DNA from: Lobosporangium transversale
Lineage: Eukaryota
Reading direction: 5' to 3'
Assembly: GCF_002105155.1 (NCBI RefSeq)
Contig: NW_019029017.1
Location: forward strand, 310,001 to 374,000
DNA: 64,000 bases
The stretch's first letter is position 1. Every line of letters starts with the position of its first letter. The notes under the pieces are model-generated. The model searched no databases and was not told where the DNA came from. It worked only from the letters and a program-made list of their open reading frames with translations. Of this stretch, positions 40,631 to 53,872 are shown piece after piece. Both the position numbers and the translations under genes were made by a program.

Positions 40631-40954
40631 AAAGGAAGGAAGCTAATGTAAGCCAGTTGAAGGAGAACAGATATAAAAACAAGCCCCAGCATAGCTCCAT
40701 TCAAAGACAATACTATTCTGAAATATATGACATACAGAGATAAGGGTTTTCCAGTTTGAGGACGGCGCTGATTTTGCGACGATAGAGGACGAAACTGTCT
40801 TTTCATGTGTCGTCTCCTTAACAACTTGGACAGTCTTCTTAATTTTGGCTTTTTTCTTAAAACTCTTAGGCTTTTTAGACAAAGCCTCAGAATTCGCTGG
40901 CTTTCTTGACTCTGCTTCTTTACTAGAAGAAGCTGTCTTGAAATGTTTCGGCAT
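39674..40954 (-). CDS. REX4: RNA exonuclease Rex4 (DEDDh)
   Basis: [60 protein letters not shown]; Lys-rich N-terminus with SSNWK motif; three exons. Confidence 0.9.
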
Positions 40955-41282
40955 TTTAAGCAGGAAAATGAGAAAAAGAACGATGCCAACAATGAAGCAA
41001 AACAACAACAAACAACAATAAACGTGACTGTATAAATTTTAATTATTGGTGGCAAATTTGCTTTAGTAACCGTTAGTTCGTTTCATTTGGTCGTGATCCC
41101 ATTATTTTTTGAGACTTGCTTGTTGTTACAAGTCTGTCACGCAGTGAGCTACCAAACCAATTCAATCATTAAAAATATATGGGGTGGTCTACAAGTCCAC
41201 AGGTTGTCCATGTAGTCCATCCCATTAAAAACACCATCTAGATTAAGCACAGAATTTAATAAATTAACCAAAAAAGTATTGT

Positions 41283-41725
41283 CAAGCCAACACTTACAAC
41301 TCTTTTAAGACAAAGGCCTTTCAGGACCTAGTCATATTTGTAGTAGACCAAATCCTGTTGTTGCTGCCGGCTTGATGTCTCTCCCTGGACTCAACAAAAG
41401 TTCTTTGCGCCAATACGAATGCGGTGATTTGCATTGGACTTGGGTCATTCAAGGCAAATCGTGGGCAAGCATCGAAGCATAGGATATTGACGAAGAAGCT
41501 TGTTGAAAAGGTAAAAAGAAAAAGAATTGACATTTAATTTTGAGTCTTTTTTAACATGGATTGTTAAATCGGGACTACTTCAGTGTAGGTTGTCACGAAT
41601 GCTACACACCTGCCAAGTACCCATGATCACTCTGTGATGCTTTATTGGAGAATGCTCCTTGTCGATCCAAGTACTGTCGAAATCGTAAAGCATACTTTGA
41701 TCGGAAACGAGGAAAGTATCGATAG
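41283..41725 (+). mobile_element. Decayed Fanzor/TnpB-like C-terminal fragment (relic 2)
   Basis: AVICIGLGSFKANRGQASKHRILTKKLVEK, then a GT donor and T-rich stretch, then YFSVGCHECYTPAKYP*SLC (RuvC-II E plus degenerate Zn finger) and RSKYCRNRKAYFDR (second Zn pair, RuvC-III approach); internal stops. Confidence 0.6.
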
Positions 41726-42799
41726 AGGGGGATGGAGAAAGAGATGAGAGGAATCAAAGCAGCAAATAAAGTAGGTTGTCGCGTTCGCCAGAATAGTTGC
41801 TTTTCGTGAAAGATGTATTTGTTTCAACTCGCAAACATAGCAGGATGCAGAGGAACTTAGTTTTGCAGGTTCAGACTGAAATCAGTGACCGTATGGTAGT
41901 GTAATAGGACGCCCACGTAATCAATACTGAACAACCGCGCTCTCCCTCTCTTTGAACAATCTTATTTGTCTCAGCAGAAGAGATAGAGCAAGCGTATACT
42001 ACAGCGAAGCAGGGTTCCAAAGCGTGCACGGGCGCATGCTTCAGTTGCTCGAAAAGGCTACAGCAAGATACGATCCTCTAAAGCTATGGAAAACTATGAC
42101 AGAGAGCACATGAAGGCTAGGATTCGAGGTAGTAGGAGTTGCAAATTTCAAAGTATGCGCATTCATGAGGCTAATGTTGATCAATAAAGATACGCACCCT
42201 GCCTTTCGCAAGTACTGTTCTATTGACAGGCATATAAAATAAAAACTTGGATAGGTACTTGGTTGTAATGTGTGGACTTGCATATTGTTTTTTTTTACTA
42301 TATTCTCTACGAACTTGTCTAGCTCAATGCATTCAAGAAGCTTCTCTTTCAAAGTATGATTCTTTTATCTTTATCATCGCTTTACACTTTCGCCGTGCCT
42401 GATTTATAGCCGTTAATTTAGGCTGAGCAGTAGCGTTGGACAAGATAAAAGACTGCGCTCAACTGTCCAATAATCATTCATCCCACAATGTGTTAGGCCA
42501 TTTTTAAAATATAAGAATAAACAAATGAATTGTGTCACGGCCAAACGAACCGACCGTCGTTCGTTCCTTGAACACAAAGTTCTGATCACGGGACTTTACC
42601 CTTTAGCTTTCAGGGGTTTTTTTTTCAATTCTCTTTCTCATCATCTCGACCTTTTTCATCCTGTTATTTCATATTCAAATTGCTCAAGCCTTCATACCCT
42701 TCAAGACATAGCAAAGTCATTCAGTTTACTTTGGGTTATTGGCCTACTGAAGATAAAACCCAGTATTTCAAGGAAAAAAAAGAGACAGATATAGCAATA

Positions 42800-44273
42800 A
42801 TGACCAAAGTCATTTCATTTCAAGAAGTGGCCAAGCACACCTCGGCCGACGACTGCTGGGTGATCCACAATAACAAGGTCTATGATGTTTCGGGCTTTGT
42901 GGCAGATCATCCTGGAGGAGAAGAATTGATTCTTGACCATGCTGGCAAGGATGTGACACAGTTGATGAAGGATGAACTCGAGCACGTGCATTCGGAAGGT
43001 GCATATGAGATGTTGGACGAGTTGCTTATTGGTCAGCTCGAGAATACAACCTCCACTACGACAACAACAAAGACTATTTCTTCCGATGGCGCCACAGGTA
43101 TTATTCAAAGGACAACGATAACTACTGTCAAGACGACAACCTCGGCAAAAGGAAATATTGAAGAGGAAAAAGACCACACACATTTGGTTACGACCGATAT
43201 TGCCGCCGATGTCAAGAAGGAGAAGTTTTTGGATCTCAGCAAGCCATTGCTTTACCAGCTCTGGAAAGCCAATTATCCTAAAGATTTTTACATGAAACAG
43301 GTGCATATTCCTCGACACTTGCCTTATTCTGCTCGTGTATTTGAGTCAGACTTTTTGGAAGTCTTCAGTCGTACACCATGGTGGTTGGTCCCAATCTTAT
43401 GGTTGCCAGTCGTCGCATTGATGCTCTCATGGGCGATTCAAGGCGGAGAAGAAGCAGGAGCCTTGTCTGTTGAAAAAGCAGGATCCACTTTCTTGGCTGG
43501 TGTGATGACTTGGACATTAGCAGAGTATTCTATTCACAGATTCCTCTTCCATGTGGACGATCTTTTGCCTGACAGTACCTATTCCAATGTGGCTCATTTC
43601 CTTTTACATGGAATTCATCACTATCTTCCCATGGATAGGTAATTTTCTTTTTTATATACACCCTGTGTGACCTGATTAATGCAGGTTTTTCTTTTTTATC
43701 CTTTTTTGACCGAGCCGAAATGCAGACCCACCCCAACGAAATACGAATTCCCTGCTGTTCTGTCCTTTTGGTCAGCTGTTCTCATATTTGCCAGGGGTTT
43801 CTTAAGCCATAACATCGCGTAGCTCATTTTTTTTTTTTTTTTTTTTCTTTTACTTCAAGGTTGCGCTTGGTCATGCCTCCCGTGCTGACTATTGTCATCG
43901 GTACCCCACTGTACTTGCTGGCTCATACCTTGCTAGAAGCTCCTATGGCAAATGCATTGATGTCTGGGGTATACTTTGGATACATTTGCTACGACATGGT
44001 CCATTATTATCTACACCATGCTCGTGTCTTCGAGTTCCATTTTAAGGAAATGAAAACCTATCATCTGGCTCATCACTACAAGAACTATGACAATGGATAC
44101 GGCATCACTTCCAAGATCTGGGATCGCGTAAGCTTAGCACAAAGCCCTTTATTTCCTATTTTTTATGTCAATCAATCTGCTCTACCGCAACCGTAATATG
44201 AAAGAGACTGACTCCTCTATTTTGCTATCGTATTTTCTCGGAATAGGTCTTCGGCACGTTATTGGAAATGTAA
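42800..44273 (+). CDS. SCS7: Sphingolipid fatty acid 2-hydroxylase (cytochrome b5 fusion)
   Basis: Cyt b5 domain (KVYDVSGFVADHPGG, HVHSEGAY), His boxes EYSIHRFLFH, LLHGIHH, YDMVHYYLHH, HLAHHYK; exons 42800-43638, 43860-44127, 44247-44273. Confidence 0.95.
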
Positions 44274-44434
44274 TCAATAATTACCAAAAAACATCAAATA
44301 ATTTCAAGAAAACACATACCTTCATACAATGACAATACATATTATAATATTAGTTTTATATTCCTGATTGTAAGTTTATTAGAGAGTTATTGTCGATTTT
44401 TTATTATCTCTTACACTTTCTTTTAAGATTTAAA

Positions 44435-46107
44435 TTACAAAATGTTAAAGGCCTTGAGAGCCTTGTTAATATCTCCAGCACGAGGATCCACCACGGTTAA
44501 AATATTGTTCAAGAATTCTGGGTCGTATTTACAGGCTCTAGTACAGTCAGGCGAGAAGTTGACTTCAACAATAACAGGCTGACAGTTATCCTTCAACATT
44601 ACATCAATGCCATAGACCGAGAACGCTTCATAAGGTTGTGTCTTGGCCTTGGCATCCTGAGCACCCAATCCTTGAGGTTGAGACTTGACAACAGCTGCAG
44701 CAAAGATGGCCTTAATGGACTCGTTGATGTCTGCCTGGATGTCTGCCCATTTCTTGTCGTGTTTGCTTGAATGCTCTTTCTCAAAATTCTCGATGAATTT
44801 AGTGTACAGCAACTGTGTCAAGTTGTAGTTGCCATAATTCATGACCTACAAATTTCGTTTTAAAGTATGCACAGCGCTTTCGGTTAGGGAAGATTTGGAG
44901 ACAAAAAACTTGGAAGACCCCCCATGAGAATAAAAAAAAAAACAAAACCCTCAATCGTCACAAAAAAAAAAAAAAAAAAAAAAAAAAATGCATACAGTAA
45001 AGTGCTTCTCATAGTTATCAAAGTCATTAAGCTCGAATGGTTGGTTGGCCAGACGGATCCAGAACATTTTGTAGACCATCAACTGGAACTCGTATTCTTG
45101 GCTTGGATCGCCTTCAACCTTATGGGTTGCCTTCAATAATACAATGTATCGCAAGTCGAATTTGCGGCCTTCATAGAGAACAGGCGTCTGGATGTACTCT
45201 TGCACAATTTTTGGACCAGTATCTCGAAGTCTAACCAAGGGGGCTAACTCCTGTTGAATCGTAATTTGCAGACCACGAGCCATGTTCCATGGCTTGCATA
45301 TCCATAAGTTCCGATGTCCATGCGCTTGATTCCAGAGATAATGACCCACAAACTGAGCCAACTCTGTAGTAAGGTTGTAAGTAGTGGATGACCATGGGAC
45401 AGTCCCATAAGCTGCCTTGATCAATGCTGCCAGATTATGTTTAAACGTGACACAGGACTCGTTCTCGAGCTGATTGATTGTTTGTCCTTTCGTTAGCTTA
45501 TCAAACTCCTTGAAATCTTGAGAAAACCAAAGCAGATCAGCTTGCTCTTCAGAGTCAACAAGCTCAATGCTTGGTAACTTGCAGTTGGTAGCCACCCATT
45601 CTGTGGTCGTGTAGAGACGCAATTTGTGATTCGATTTCTGAGCTGGGGGACGAGTCAGTGTCTTTACGAAGGGCTGTTCAAAAGGTTTGATCTCATTGTC
45701 CTCCATTTTGTCAGACTATTGTTTTCGTGGATATATAGCATAAACATACACATGCACAAATGCTCCATTAGTGTTTTTTTTTTTTTTTTTTTTTTTTTTA
45801 GTGAGCGAAAGTAATATATCGATATAGATCTCGAACAGCGTTCATCAATCCATACCTCATAGACGGCAATGAGCTCTGCAGCATCTGCAGAACCATTGAA
45901 AAGTTGAAGATAGGCTTTGCGAGTGATGGGATCTTTGATATCCGCGGGGACGAAATCACGAGTTAGAGCTCCACCCTTTGGAATGTCTTCGATTGGGTAG
46001 ATAATACTGTAAGAAACTGTTCCACGTCCGACATAGATGAAGGGTGCGCAAATACAGTTAGGAGTATCCGAGTGGGCCATTGATGATCCTACTTCGTCCA
46101 TAATGTC

Positions 46108-46138
<31 letters not shown>

Positions 46139-47448
46139 CAACCCGTATTACAGGAGTATTGGTTAATAACGACTCATACATATACACAAGATTGAACGTA
46201 CAAGTAGACAATGTGTGAATGAGACTTACACCATGCGCTCTCTTTCTTGGTCTGACCAGAAGGATCAACAACAGCGTATTCGTATGTTTGACTGAACTTC
46301 CACATCTCTGACATAATCTTGTTGATAGTGTCCTGCTTCTTCTTTTCGGCTGCCTTGGCTTCTTTGTCAACTGAAATAATAAGCATTCAATAAAACAAAT
46401 ATCAATTGATTAGATTACAACTTCTCCCGAATCTATTAAAGGGCTATATTGAACACAAACATACGTTTGACCTGGCCACCAATGGTTTCTTCAAGCTTCT
46501 TGAGGCTTTCAGCGTCATGATCTGGATGAAGAGTGAGCGACTATTTTTTTTTTTTAAAAAAAAAAAAGCATTAGTGTTTTTTTTTTTTTTTTTTTTTTTT
46601 TGGTAAAAACTAGTTTCATTTGTCTGATCCATGGTTTTAGGAAATTTCAAAAGACGTTGGCTCACCATCAAAGCAGCGATAACATCGCCTTTCTCGTTTT
46701 GAAGCGCGACCTTGGCACGATCCACAGATACATTACCCTGTGAGGCCACTAATTCGACCATGGCCTGATCGACTTCCAGATCAGGATAGTTGCTAACAGC
46801 TTCAGCATCCTCTGTAGTGGCTGTATGTTCCTCTTCTCCTTCTTCTTCATCTTCATCGACTGAGATATCCATCATAGAAACAAGACGTTCAACCAGTTGT
46901 GGATTGTCCAGCAGTTGAGCGCGCGAAGTTTCAGGTTTGGTGGTCCAGGCATGGTCAACAAGAAAAATATCACTATGAAAAAAAAAAAAAAAAAAAAAAA
47001 AAAAGAGTATTCGCTCATTTGGGGTTAGTTTTGTATAGTCGTGAGTATGTATTATTTCTGTCTGTTCGAGAGGCATTATGCTCGATACCCATTGATTCGG
47101 ATTCATGTATATATAAACTGTGGTAACGAATATTACCCGTGCTTCTTGAGACCACCTTCTTTCTTGACATGAAGAGAATATTTATCTAAAGGGTCTCCAT
47201 AATGAAGTTCAAGGTATTCTCCAGCATCAAATAGATCTTGGCCAAGCTTTTGAAAGAGGGGCTGTTATTTAAATGTTGACACGAAGAAGTAATAATTATG
47301 AGGGGAAAAGTAAGTAAAAAAAAGTAAAAAAGGATAATAACAATCATACTGTAAGTGCAAAGATAATAGCATGTATTACCTCCCAGAGATCCTCAGGAAT
47401 GCTTGCCAGCTGGTACTGATGGATCTGAAGAAATTGCTTATATTCCAT
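44435..47448 (-). CDS. TTLL12-like protein (SET-like domain plus tubulin-tyrosine-ligase ATP-grasp domain)
   Basis: MEYKQFLQIHQYQLASIPEDLW, DIFLVDHAWT, WYIMDEVGSSMAHSDTPN, NLWICKPWNMARG, PKIVQEYI, KFDLRYIVLL, FWIRLAN, YEKHFTVMNY, YGIDVML, EVNFSPDCTRAC; multi-exon. Confidence 0.88.
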
Positions 47449-47685
47449 TGGTAATGATCTAGAGATGCATATGGCAAAAAAGGAAGAGAAAAATGTACTA
47501 ATTGTATATTCAATTAGATATAAATGTCCCCCACAAAAATATTTTTTTAGGCAAGTTTCATTTTTCTATAACAATGCCTTCTTCGTTTTACGTGACACTG
47601 ACAGGACACTAAAAAAAAGTGGTGGCTGCTCCAATGTTTTGTTATTTCTTTCTTCCTAGCTACTATCAATAAAGCAACCTTCAGG

Positions 47686-48206
47686 ATGACAATCCTGGGC
47701 ATTGGTATCGATATCTTGCATCTGCCTCGTATCAAGCATATCTTGATTCGCCATCCAGAAAGATTCCTCACACGGATTCTCACAAAAACAGAGCTACAGG
47801 AATACCGGGTTTTATTGGAGAAGACAAGCGGAAAGGTTGATGTTGACGCGCCTGTACGGTACCTTGGGGCCAGGTTAATAATTTTTTTTTCCCCCTTTTT
47901 CTTCTTCTTCTCTCGCTCAATACAGAGCATACCGAAACATGAACAGAACAGCTTCGTAAGATATCAACCTTAATCTGTTATTCCTCTATGACGGGAAATT
48001 GTAGATGGGCACTTAAAGAGGCCTCGTACAAAGCCGCGTTCCCACATCATAAATTAACATGGCAAGACGTTATTATCACCAAGAAAGATGGAAAACCTTG
48101 TTTGATCATTCCAGAGAAGGATCGCTTTGGAATAGGGAAGGCCCATGCGTCTGTATCACACGATGGCGAATACTTAATAGCTCAAGTGCTCTTTGAGGTA
48201 CCATGA
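47686..48206 (+). CDS. AcpS-type 4'-phosphopantetheinyl transferase (mitochondrial Ppt2-like)
   Basis: ILGIGIDILHLPRI..RFLTRILT..YLGAR|WALKEASYKA..GKP..HASVSHDGEYLIAQV; one intron. Confidence 0.9.
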
Positions 48207-48312
48207 TCCATTCCTGATCGGAGCAATGCCTTAATAACTACACCCAATTTTTTTAGAAAGAAACGCCTTAGTAAACCAATTCTTTTTTTTTTTTTTTTTT
48301 TTTTTATATTAC

Positions 48313-48349
<37 letters not shown>

Positions 48350-48438
48350 TTCTTTTCTATGCTACTATTACATGTTAAAATTTATTTAGTTTTGTAAGAT
48401 GCAATTTTTTTTTTTTTTTTTTTTTTTTTTGGTGTCTT

Positions 48439-48678
48439 CTATCGGTTGGCTTTGCGGCTAATCTGAAGTTTCTTAGCTGTAATCTCAGCCTTGGTCATGG
48501 GCACCAAACGTGTTCCTTCCCGTCTCTGCCAGATTTCTATTGGTGGTAGTGGCCAGTAATTCGGACCAAATGTGATGTCTGTCATGGCTTTTTGTGTCTT
48601 GTCGTCAATTTTACTGAAATCGAAAAAGATGACACGAATATCAAATGTTAAAAACAAGCCTTTGAGCTATTGATCATC

Positions 48679-48717
<39 letters not shown>

Positions 48718-51700
48718 GAATGAAATACTTACATGATCCGCTCCTTGGATGCACGAATAAGGCCAGTGCCATTAGCAAGTGCAGCCATCCACTTTGGTTC
48801 TATGACCGTCAAACCCTTGAGGTAAGTCTTGGAAGGCTTGCCCTCGATCTCTACTGCCTTAACCGTTCTCTGTAGATCCTGATATACGACCATAGGAGGT
48901 GCCTTTTCCATATTGAGGCCGAACAGAGCCGAGCTCGGATGGATGTATACGCTCTCTTTGGACCACATTGTCACATAAGGTACTGCCTTGGCCTTTTTGG
49001 AATAGTGCTCTTCTACTGTGCCAACCAAATCTTTACGAACAGCGACCTGATCTAAAAATGCACATGCTACAATCTGACGTATAGCAGTCAGTTGTCTGGA
49101 CGTGGGTTTCTCCATGTAAGGATCAAAGACTAGCGAAGATACTGTAGGACTATTGGCAAAGCTATCTTGAACCAAGCGTGTAAGTTGCCCACGAAGTTGA
49201 TGGATTTCCTGCATTGCTTTGTATCGGACAAAATTTTCTACGCAAAACTTCTCCTTGTCTGTCTCGCGTTCATACGCACCCACGACATTAAGAATTTTAG
49301 CCATATCGTTCAGGGGATCTAGAGCCTCATGGATTGCTTGGGACTTGTAGAACTTTTGCCGAGTTCGCTTATTCTGTTCCTTGCGAAGAATCTTTTCGTT
49401 TTTAATACATTGTAATTCCATCTCATCCAGTTCATCCAGCTGAGGACCACTCCATTTGCTGGTAGAGGACTCATCATCGCTTTCGTCATCCGAATCACCT
49501 GGTCTAGAGATATCTAATTGGAATTCTTTTACGAAGATATCACCGACTGAAAGCGCAGCGACAATAGCAATTACATATGGGAAGCAATTCTCCTGATGCG
49601 CAAGCGTCAACCTGAAAAAAAAAAAAAAAAAAAAAAAAAGTCAATTCGTATTCATTGGTCAATAGTTGTAAGTCAACATCAGAATGCATTCAAGTGCTAT
49701 CAGCACATTACATTTTGGCGAGACGAGGAACTAGAGGAAAGATTGACATTGTCTTGCCAAGCTCAGTGATACTCTTTTTGTTAGTATTTTCAAGAGCATT
49801 CAGATAAATCAGGCGTTGTTCCGACTGTCGAAGGTCCTCGCGATTTGGCGGCGTAGGGAAGGGGAAGTTGACGACATTGTCAATGTGCATACTTTTCATT
49901 TGCAGTACAACACCATCGATGGGCATCTTCTGAATTTCTGCCTCAGACGCGGTGGGGAACTCGTTTTCATACACGGCAGAGCTATATAATCTATAGCAAT
50001 GACCGTGGCCAGTACGACCTGCACGACCTGCACGCTGAGTGGCACTGGCTTTGGATGTCCATCCAACCTGGAACGTCTGGATACCTGTCTCCTTATCATA
50101 GTGGCGTTCTTTGGATTTACCGCTGTCGACTACGTACTTGATACCCGGAATGGTGATCGATGTTTCTGCCACATTAGTGGCAATAACGCACATTCTTGAG
50201 CCAGGTGGAGGAGGTTGAAAGACTTTCATCTGCTCTTCTGTTTTGAGCAACGAATAAAGTGGGAGGACGTATAATGGTGCAGTTCCAGCATCAGGAGTCT
50301 CTTCCAAAACCTCATCTCCTTCAAGCAACTCCTCTTCTGAATCAGAAGCATCCAAGTCAAATGTTTCATCATCCTCTTCTATGCCTTCAATCTCGGGGAT
50401 AGTCTCAGCTTCTCCTAGTGCTATGTCCTCCAGCTCTACGTCTTCGTTGCGAGGATCCAATGCCTGATTGGCTGGAGCGTCGTCTTTTGAATCTTCCTCC
50501 CTCTTATCACTGGTATCTGTTTTGACCTTCTTGCTTCTTCTCATACGGTCAAGCTTGGTCTCGAACTTTGGCGCCTTATTGTCGAAAGGAAACTTCTTTC
50601 GTAACTTTTTGACGAGTGTCATGATTTCAGCCTGACCAGATAAGAACACCAAGATTCCACCATCGGGCAGACGAGTATGAATTTTGGTGATTTTCTTGTA
50701 CGCCTCTGTGACATAGTCTATCTCCGGTGTTCTCTTATTGAAATGCATAGTAACGCCATAAGTTTTCTTGACATCCACGCTGACAACAGGAACAAGGTCC
50801 TTGATCTCTTCTTTCATCTCATTCGAGTCCTTATCATCATCTCCATCGGTAGCTCTCTTGGCTTTGTTAGGGCTACCAAAAAGTCTTTCATTCTTTGTGA
50901 ACTCTTCAATGACAAGGGTAGCAGACATGATGATCAACTTTAGTGGTTTGGTTGTCTCACGACATTTCTTGCTCTCCTCACGACGAAGGCGCACAATACG
51001 GCTGAGAGCACCTATCAAAATATCAGTATTCAAGCTGCGCTCATGGGCTTCATCAATAATGATAGCAGAGTACCTGCGTAGCAGGAAATCTGAATTGAGC
51101 TCCCGTAGTAGCACACCATCTGTCATGAACTTCATCACAGTATCAGGCGATGTCGTGGCATCGTAGCGGATTTGATGTGAAACCTTTGATGCTGGCAAGT
51201 TCAGCTCTCTAGCGACACGAGCGGCCATTGATACTGCTGCAACACGACGAGGCTGAGTGATGCCAATCATGCCAGGGTTGGGACTGTCGGGATTACCGTA
51301 TCCTGCCTCATACAAGAATTGGGGTACCTGAGTTGTTTTTCCTGAACCTGTTTCTCCCTTGATGATGATGATGTCATTATAAATGATTTTTTCCATGATA
51401 TGTTGCTCCTCTGTGCAAACAGGAAGAGTTAAGCGCATCTCCTGAATTTCTTGATCCCTGTCTACATGGACATGGAAAGCCTGAAGCATAATAAACATCT
51501 ATTTCAGCATGGTCTCTCCTTCACCTTGAGCAAATGGCGACATTATTATACTACGGGTGATGTGCTTACCTCGCCGATATCGCCTTCTTCAAGCTTGTCT
51601 ACTATTTCGACTCTATTGCCCAAAAGGTCTCTCTGTGGCTCAATGCGGCTTGAAACGTACTCTCCTGTTCTCACAGGAAGGCTATCAATATTGGATATGG

Positions 51701-53085
51701 GCTTTTCCTCTTCTCCATCCTCCGCTGTTGCCAACCCTCCTAGGTCTGTCATCCAGCCACGCCGCTTCTTCCTGGCTGGCTCGCCTGATTGATCGCCTTC
51801 TTGATTACTGCCATTATGTTTGCCGTTTGCCTTCTCACTTTCATCGTTTGATGAACTATCGTATTCAGAATTGGAACTATCGAACGAGCTTTCACGCTCT
51901 TTTTGTTTGGTCGCCTCTTTTTGTGCACGGATCATAGCAAGCCGAGACTATGAACCAAAATAAATAAAATAAATCAGATCTTCCTGCACTATGGAGTCGT
52001 CCTTACATAGAAATCTCTGGTTCGTGCAAATATTCTTCATCTTACCGGTTTCTTTCCCGGTGCGGACTTTCTAACGAGGACTGAGGATCCAACTTTCAAA
52101 GCGCTTCCTGTAACAACTGATGTAGGTGTTGACCTGGCTACTGTTTTTGATATTTCTGAAGCTGATGTCACAGATATAGATGGTTTTGCATTTTCCATTT
52201 CCAAGTCACTGTCATTCGCTTTTGAGCCTCCACCGCCATCATCGTCACTATCATCATATTCATCATCTTCCAGGTCATTATAGTCATACTTCTTGTCCAC
52301 AAAAAGTCGGACGGTTGGATCTGATCGCTGTAATCCTTGGCGTTCTTCATGAAGTGCTCTCCTGAGTTTTTCCTTAGTCGTCTCCTTATGTTGTCCAAGT
52401 GTACGACTTGACTTCAAGAGATCAGAAGACCATGCCTGTTCCTCCAGCTTTTTGAATAAATCGCCCCGTGCCTCTTTCTTCAATTTTTTCTCCTATAAAG
52501 GTCAATAGCCATAAAAAATATTAAAAAAATGCATTGTAAAAAGTTTGCTACTAAACCCAAAGTCCATGTGCTCACAAGTAGGATCTGGTCCATTGGTTAT
52601 TATAAATGTATTTGCTTACAATGTATTTTTCCAATCGCTTTTTTTTCTTGCTGCTCATTTGGGGCTTGGATGCCTATGGAAGAAGGATAATGTTAAAAAA
52701 TAAAGTAGACGAGCATTGCTTCCAGTTGATTAATGACACAGATCAAGCAAAAAGAAGTAGTAGTCGATCATGTTTCGTAGCTTTAAGTACACACCTCTTC
52801 ATTATACTTGATTGCTTCTGTGTCCACTTTTCCGGTAACCAAAATTTCAGCATTGGTATCAACTCTGTTCGATGGAGAGACATTGTAAGCATTTGGAGAG
52901 CGGCTCAACTATTCCTGTACAAAGATCAATAGAGCAAAAGAAAAAAAAAAAAAGTTCTCTTACGGCTGAATAACGGTTGGTTTAGTTGCTTTTCGTCCAC
53001 CATCTCTGGCATTGGGATGTGGCTTCGATGTTCTATTGCTTGAAGCTCTCGCTCTTTCATTATAGCGAGGCCTGTTCTTCCCCAT
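48439..53085 (-). CDS. DHR1: DEAH-box RNA helicase Dhr1/Ecm16 (DHX37)
   Basis: MGKNRPRYNERAR start, GETGSGKTTQVPQFLYEAGY, TQPRRVAA, IIDEAHER, MSAT, ATNVAETSITIP, QRAGRAGRTGHGHCYRLYS, terminal FGPNYWPLP; multi-exon. Confidence 0.93.
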
Positions 53086-53765
53086 GACGCACTATTGTAT
53101 CTTGGAGTGGAGAGAAGGGGGATAGAAAGTATGTTGTTCTTGATACAGAGAAGTATCGTATTGCTTCAAGTTTTGTCTTTGAATGCAACTTGAATGGTAA
53201 GAATAAGAATGTAATGGATGAACAGCAACTTGGGGCTATTTTTTATTATTGTTATTGCTGTGACTGGCTCCAGAACCTTCACTGGCTCACTTCATGAACC
53301 ATAAATCTAAATAACAATATTATAAAAGCACCTACGCTTTTTCGAGACATGTGTTTCTGCTATATCCCAGGTGATTGCATATACTGCAATGTCGTTGCGC
53401 GGAAGACTGACAAGGCAATTATATGCTGAATACCAATGATAATAATGTAAGGTTAAAAATACAACACGCAGCAGGTTAAAGGAATAGTAATTTGTAAACT
53501 AAGGTTAGTATACCTTCGCCTTTGCTCTGGTCTTTCACTTTCACCGAGGTCGTCGGGACTGACGCTTCGTCTGCAGGCCACCGCAGGCTCGATTCGATTT
53601 GTACGGGGTCACTAACAACGTATCAGCGAGGATGGCGCAATGGGAATATTGGATATGAAACTCACCCTTCATTGCTTAGACGTGTACTTCAGTTGTGTCC
53701 TGAGTGGCCGTAAATACTACACGCTCTCATTTTAGGAACACTACTATCGGTAACAACGATAGAGT

Positions 53766-53786
53766 TAAAAAATAATCAAATAAAAT

Positions 53787-53821
<35 letters not shown>

Positions 53822-53872
53822 AATAAAAATAAAAAATAAAAAATAAAAATAAAAATAAAAATAAAAATAAAA
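53766..53872. repeat. AT-only (AAAAT/AAAAAT)n simple repeat
   Basis: About 105 bp of near-pure A with regularly spaced T. Confidence 0.9.
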
